Below are positions 58,001-64,000 of a stretch of DNA of 64,000 nt, piece by piece (the first letter of the stretch is position 1; each line of letters opens with the position of its first letter). A program made the translations under genes and the position numbers. Source of the stretch: Eledone cirrhosa (taxonomy: Eukaryota); assembly GCA_964016885.1 (NCBI GenBank), contig OZ024741.1:188790001-188854000 (forward strand). Direction: 5' to 3'. Under the pieces are notes generated by a model. That model saw only the letters and a list, made by a program, of their open reading frames with translations, ran no database searches and was not told the origin of the DNA.

Positions 58001-61000
58001 CCCTTATTTCATTCCTACAATATTTTCTCTCTAACCCTTATTTCATTCCTATATGTATTCTCTCCTAACCCTTATTTCATTCCTACAATATATTCTCTCT
58101 AACCCTTATTTCATTCCTACAATGTATTCTCTCTAGCCCTTATTTCATTCCTACAATGTATTCTCTCTAACCCTTATTTCATTCCTACAATATATTCTCT
58201 CTAACCCTTATTTCATTCCTACAATGTATTCTCTCTAACCCTTATTTCATTCCTACAATGTATTCTCTCTAACCCTTATTTCATTCCTACAATGTATTCT
58301 CTCTAACCCTTATTTCATTCCTACAATATATTCTCTCTAACCCTTATTTCATTCCTACAATGTATTCTCTCTAACCCTTATTTCATTCCTACAATGTATT
58401 CTCTCTAACCCTTATTTCATTCCTACAATGCATTCTCTCTAACCCTTATTTCATTCCTACAATATATTCTCTCTAACCCTTATTTCATTCCTACAATGTA
58501 TTCTCTCTAACCCTTATTTCATTCCTACAATATATTCTCTCTAACCCTTATTTCATTCCTACAATATATTCTCTCTAACCCTTATTTCATTCCTACAATG
58601 TATTCTCTGTAACCCTTATTTCATTCCTACAATGTATTCTCTCTAACCCTTATTTCATTCCTACAATATATTCTCTCTAACCCTTATTTCATTCCTACAA
58701 TGTATTCTCTCTAACCCTTATTTCATTCCTACAATATATTCTCTCTAACCCTTATTTCATTCCTACAATGTATTCTCTCTAACCCTTATTTCATTCCTAC
58801 AATATATTCTCTCTAACCCTTATTTCATTCCTACAATGTATTCTCTCTAACCCTTATTTCATTCCTACAATGTATTCTCTCTAACCCTTATTTCATTCCT
58901 ACAATGTATTCTCTCTAACCCTTATTTCATTCCTACAATATATTCTCTATAACCCTTATTTCATTCCTACAATATATTCTCTCTAACCCTTATTTCATTC
59001 CTACAATGTATTCTCTCTAACCCTTATTTCATTCCTACAATGTATTCTCTCTAACCCTTATTTCATTCCTACAATATATTCTCTCTAACCCTTATTTCAT
59101 TCCTACAATGTATTCTCTCTAACCCTTATTTCATTCCTACAATGTATTCTCTATAACCCTTATTTCATTCCTACAATATATTCTCTCTAACCCTTATTTC
59201 ATTCCTACAATGTATTCTCTCTAACCCTTATTTCATTCCTACAATGTATTCTCTCTAACCCTTATTTCATTCCTACAATATATTCTCTCTAACCCTTATT
59301 TCATTCCTACAATGTATTCTCTCTAACCCTTATTTCATTCCTACAATGTATTCTCTCTAACCCTTATTTCATTCCTACAATATATTCTCTCTAACCCTTA
59401 TTTCATTCCTACAATGTATTCTCTCTAACCCTTATTTCATTCGTACAATATATTCTCTCTAACCCTTATTTCATTCCTACAATGTATTCTCTCTAACCCT
59501 TATTTCATTCCTACAATGTATTCTCTCTAACCCTTATTTCATTCCTACAATATATTCTCTCTAACCCTTATTTCATTCCTACAATGTATTCTCTCCAACC
59601 CTTATTTCATTCCTACAATGTATTCTCTCTAACCCTTATTTCATTCCTACAATGTATTCTCTCTAACCCTTATTTCATTCCTACAATGTATTCTCTCTAA
59701 CCCTTATTTCATTCCTACAATGTATTCTCTCTAACCCTTATTTCATTCCTACAATGTATTCTCTCTAACCCTTATTTCATTCCTACAATGTATTCTCTCT
59801 AACCCTTATTTCATTCCTACAATGTATTCTCTCTAACCCTTATTTCATTCCTACAATGTATTCTCTCTAACCCTTATTTCATTCCTACAATGTATTCTCT
59901 CACCCTTATTTCATTCCTACAATATATTCTCTCTAACCCTTATTTCATTCCTACAATGTATTCTCTCTAACCCTTATTTCATTCCTACAATGTATTCTCT
60001 CTAACCCTTATTTCATTCCTACAATATATTCTCTCTAACCCTTATTTCATTCCTACAATGTATTCTCTCTAACCCTTATTTCATTCCTACAATGTATTCT
60101 CTCTAACCCTTATTTCATTCCTACAAAGTATTCTCTCTAACCCTTATTTCATTCCTACAATGTATTCTCTCACCCTTATTTATTCCTACAATATATTCTC
60201 ATTAACCCTTATTTCATTCCTACAATGTATTCTCTCTAACCCTTATTTCATTCCTACAATGTATTCTCTCTAACCCTTATTTCATTCCTACAATATATTC
60301 TCTCTAACCCTTATTTCATTCCTACAATGTATTCTCTCTAACCCTTATTTCATTCCTACAATGTATTCTCTATAACCCTTATTTCATTCCTACAATATAT
60401 TCTCTCTAATCCTTATTTCATTCCTACGATGTATTCTCTCTAACCCTTATTTCATTCCTACAATGTATTCTCTCTAACCCTTATTTCATTCCTACAATAT
60501 ATTCTCTCTAACCCTTATTTCATTCCTACAATGTATTCTCTCTAACCCTTATTTCATTCATACAATGTATTCTCTATAACCCTTATTTCATTCCTACAAT
60601 ATATTCTCTCTAACCCTTATTTCATTCCTACAATGTATTCTCTCTAACCCTTATTTCATTCCTACAATGTATTCTCTCTAACCCTTATTTCATTCCTACA
60701 ATATATTCTCTCTAACCCTTATTTCATTCCTACAATGTATTCTCTCTAACCCTTATTTCATTCCTACAATGTATTCTCTCTAACCCTTTTTTCATTCCTA
60801 CAATATATTCTCTCTAACCCTTATTTCATTCTACAATGTATTCTCTCTAACCCTTATTTCATTCGTACAATATATTCTCTCTAACCCTTATTTCATTCCT
60901 ACAATGTATTCTCTCTAACCCTTATTTCATTCCTACAATGTATTCTCTCTAACCCTTATTTCATTCCTACAATATATTCTCTCTAACCCTTATTTCATTC

Positions 61001-64000
61001 CAACAATGTATTCTCTCCAGCCCTTATTTCATTCCTACAATGTATTCTCTCTAACCCTTATTTCATTCCTACAATGTATTCTCTCTAACCCTTATTTCAT
61101 TCCTACAATGTATTCTCTCTAACCCTTATTTCATTCCTACAATGTATTCTCTCTAACCCTTATTTCATTCCTACAATGTATTCTCTCTAACCCTTATTTC
61201 ATTCCTACAATGTATTCTCTCTAACCCTTATTTCATTCCTACAATATATTCTCTCTAACCCTTATTTCATTCCTACAATGTATTCTCTCTAACCCTTATT
61301 TCATTCCTACAATATATTCTCTCTAACCCTTATTTCATTCCTACAATGTATTCTCTCTAACCCTTATTTCATTCCTACAATATTTTCTCTCTAACCCTTA
61401 TTTCATTCCTACAAAGTATTCTCTCCTAACCCTTATTTCATTCCTACAATATATTCTCTCTAACCCTTATTTCATTCCTACAATGTATTCTCTCTAACCC
61501 TTATTTCATTCCTACAATGTATTCTCTCTAACCCTTATTTCATTCCTACAATATATTCTCTCTAACCCTTATTTCATTCCTACAATGTATTCTCTCTAAC
61601 CCTTATTTCATTCCTACAATGTATTCTCTCTAACCCTTATTTCATTCCTACAATGTATTCTCTCTAACCCTTATTTCATTCCTACAATATATTCTCTCTA
61701 ACCCTTATTTCATTCCTACAATGTGATCTCTCTAACCCTTATTTCATTCCTACAACGTATTCTCTCTAACCCATATTTCATTCCTACAATGTATTCTCTC
61801 TAACCCTTATTTCATTCCTACAATATATTCTCTCTAACCCTTATTTCATTCCTACAATGTATTCTCTCTAACCCTTATTTCATTCCTACAATGTATTCTC
61901 TCTAACCCTTATTTCATTCCTACAATGTATTCTCTCTAACCCTTATTTCATTCCTACAATGTATTCTCTCTAACCCTTATTTCATTCCTACAATATATTC
62001 TCTCTAACCCTTATTTCATTCCTACAATGTATTCTCTCTAACCCTTATTTCATTCCTACAATGTATTCTCTCTAACCCTTATTTCATTCCTACAATGTAT
62101 TCTCTCTAACTCTTATTTCATTCCTACAATGTATTCTCTCTAACCCTTATTTCATTCCTACAATGTATTCTCTCTAACCCTTATTTCATTCCTACAATGT
62201 ATTCTCTCTAACCCTTATTTCATTCCTACAATGTATTCTCTCACCCTTATTTCATTCCTACAATATATTCTCTCTAACCCTTATTTCATTCCTACAATGT
62301 ATTCTCTCTAACCCTTATTTCATTCCTACAATGTATTCTCTCTAACCCTTATTTCATTCCTACAATATATTCTCTCTAACCCTTATTTCATTCCTACAAT
62401 GTATTCTCTCTAACCCTTATTTCATTCCTACAATGTATTCTCTATAACCCTTATTTCATTCCTACAATATATTCTCTCTAACCCTTATTTCATTCCTACA
62501 ATGTGTTCTCTCTAACCCTTATTTCATTCCTACAATGTATTCTCTCTAACCCTTATTTCATTCCTACAATATATTCTCTCTAACCCTTATTTCTTTCCTA
62601 CAATGTATTCTCTCTAACCCTTATTTCATTCCTACAATGTATTCTCTCTAACCCTTATTTCATTCCTACAATATATTCTCTCTAACCCTTATTTCATTCC
62701 AACAATGTATTCTCTCTAACCCTTATTTCATTCGTACAATATGTTCTCTCTAACCCTTATTTCATTCCTACAATGTATTCTCGCTAACCCTTATTTCATT
62801 CCTACAATGTATTCTCTCTAACCCTTATTTCATTCCTACAATGTATTCTCTCTAACCCTTATTTCATTCCTACAATGTATTCTCTCTAACCCTTATTTCA
62901 TTCCTACAATATATTCTCTCTAATCCTTATTTCATTCCTACGATGTATTCTCTCTAACCCTTATTTCATTCCTACAATGTATTCTCTCTAACCCTTATTT
63001 CATTCCTACAATATATTCTCTCTAACCCTTATTTCATTCCTACAATGTATTCTCTCTAACCCTTATTTCATTCCTACAATATATTCTCTCTAACCCTTAT
63101 TTCTTTCCTACAATGTATTCTCTCTAACCCTTATTTCATTCCTACAATGTATTCTCTCTAACCCTTATTTCATTCCTACAATATATTCTCTCTAACCCTT
63201 ATTTCATTCCAACAATGTATTCTCTCTAACCCTTATTTCATTCGTACAATATGTTCTCTCTAACCCTTATTTCATTCCTACAATGTATTCTCGCTAACCC
63301 TTATTTCATTCCTACAATGTATTCTCTCTAACCCTTATTTCATTCCTACAATGTATTCTCTCTAACCCTTATTTCATTCCTACAATGTATTCTCTCTAAC
63401 CCTTATTTCATTCCTACAATATATTCTCTCTAATCCTTATTTCATTCCTACGATGTATTCTCTCTAACCCTTATTTCATTCCTACAATGTATTCTCTCTA
63501 ACCCTTATTTCATTCCTACAATATATTCTCTCTAACCCTTATTTCATTCCTACAATGTATTCTCTCTAACCCTTATTTCATTCATACAATGTATTCTCTA
63601 TAACCCTTATTTCATTCCTACAATATATTCTCTCTAACCCTTATTTCATTCCTACAATGTATTCTCTCTAACCCTTATTTCATTCCTACAATGTATTCTC
63701 TCTAACCCTTATTTCATTCCTACAATATATTCTCTCTAACCCTTATTTCATTCCTACAATGTATTCTCTCTAACCCTTATTTCATTCCTACAATGTATTC
63801 TCTCTAACCCTTTTTTCATTCCTACAATATATTCTCTCTAACCCTTATTTCATTCTACAATGTATTCTCTCTAACCCTTATTTCATTCGTACAATATATT
63901 CTCTCTAACCCTTATTTCATTCCTACAATGTATTCTCTCTAACCCTTATTTCATTCCTACAATGTATTCTCTCTAACCCTTATTTCATTCCTACAATATA
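43095..64000. repeat. 34-bp satellite CCTACAATRTATTCTCTCTAACCCTTATTTCATT, about 615 copies, extends beyond the window
   Basis: Exact 34-bp period (43095 to 43129), very homogeneous, with a G/A dimorphic site. Confidence 0.98.

Noticed and set aside
43095-64000. CRISPR-like array (34-bp repeat length)
   Set aside because: Units are contiguous with no unique spacers, no cas genes are present, and the context is eukaryotic.

Overview
This is eukaryotic, AT-rich, repeat-dominated genomic DNA. The SINE, RTE and microsatellite landscape suggests a cephalopod such as octopus (inference only). In order, the window holds: a near-complete but disabled Tx1/L1-clade LINE (1-5.2 kb); a Penelope-like RT fragment; two short coiled-coil host exons in a TE-filled intronic region; a 5'-truncated RTE LINE; several MITEs and SINEs; a 14-kb nested block with two decayed Helitron Rep-helicase genes, a small Helitron, a 264-bp palindrome and a 27-bp minisatellite; a CR1-type LINE 3' end; very long (TA)n tracts; a 200-N gap; and at least 20.9 kb of a 34-bp satellite. 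The most notable element is an array of apparently identical 311-bp units (37.9-40.3 kb). Each unit carries a minimal type I hammerhead ribozyme motif, and the array is preceded by an inverted partial copy, matching retrozyme/Penelope pseudo-LTR architecture. One unrelated canonical-core hammerhead (14.66 kb) and several decayed hammerhead-like motifs also occur. All calls were made by eye; no database searches or folding programs were run.
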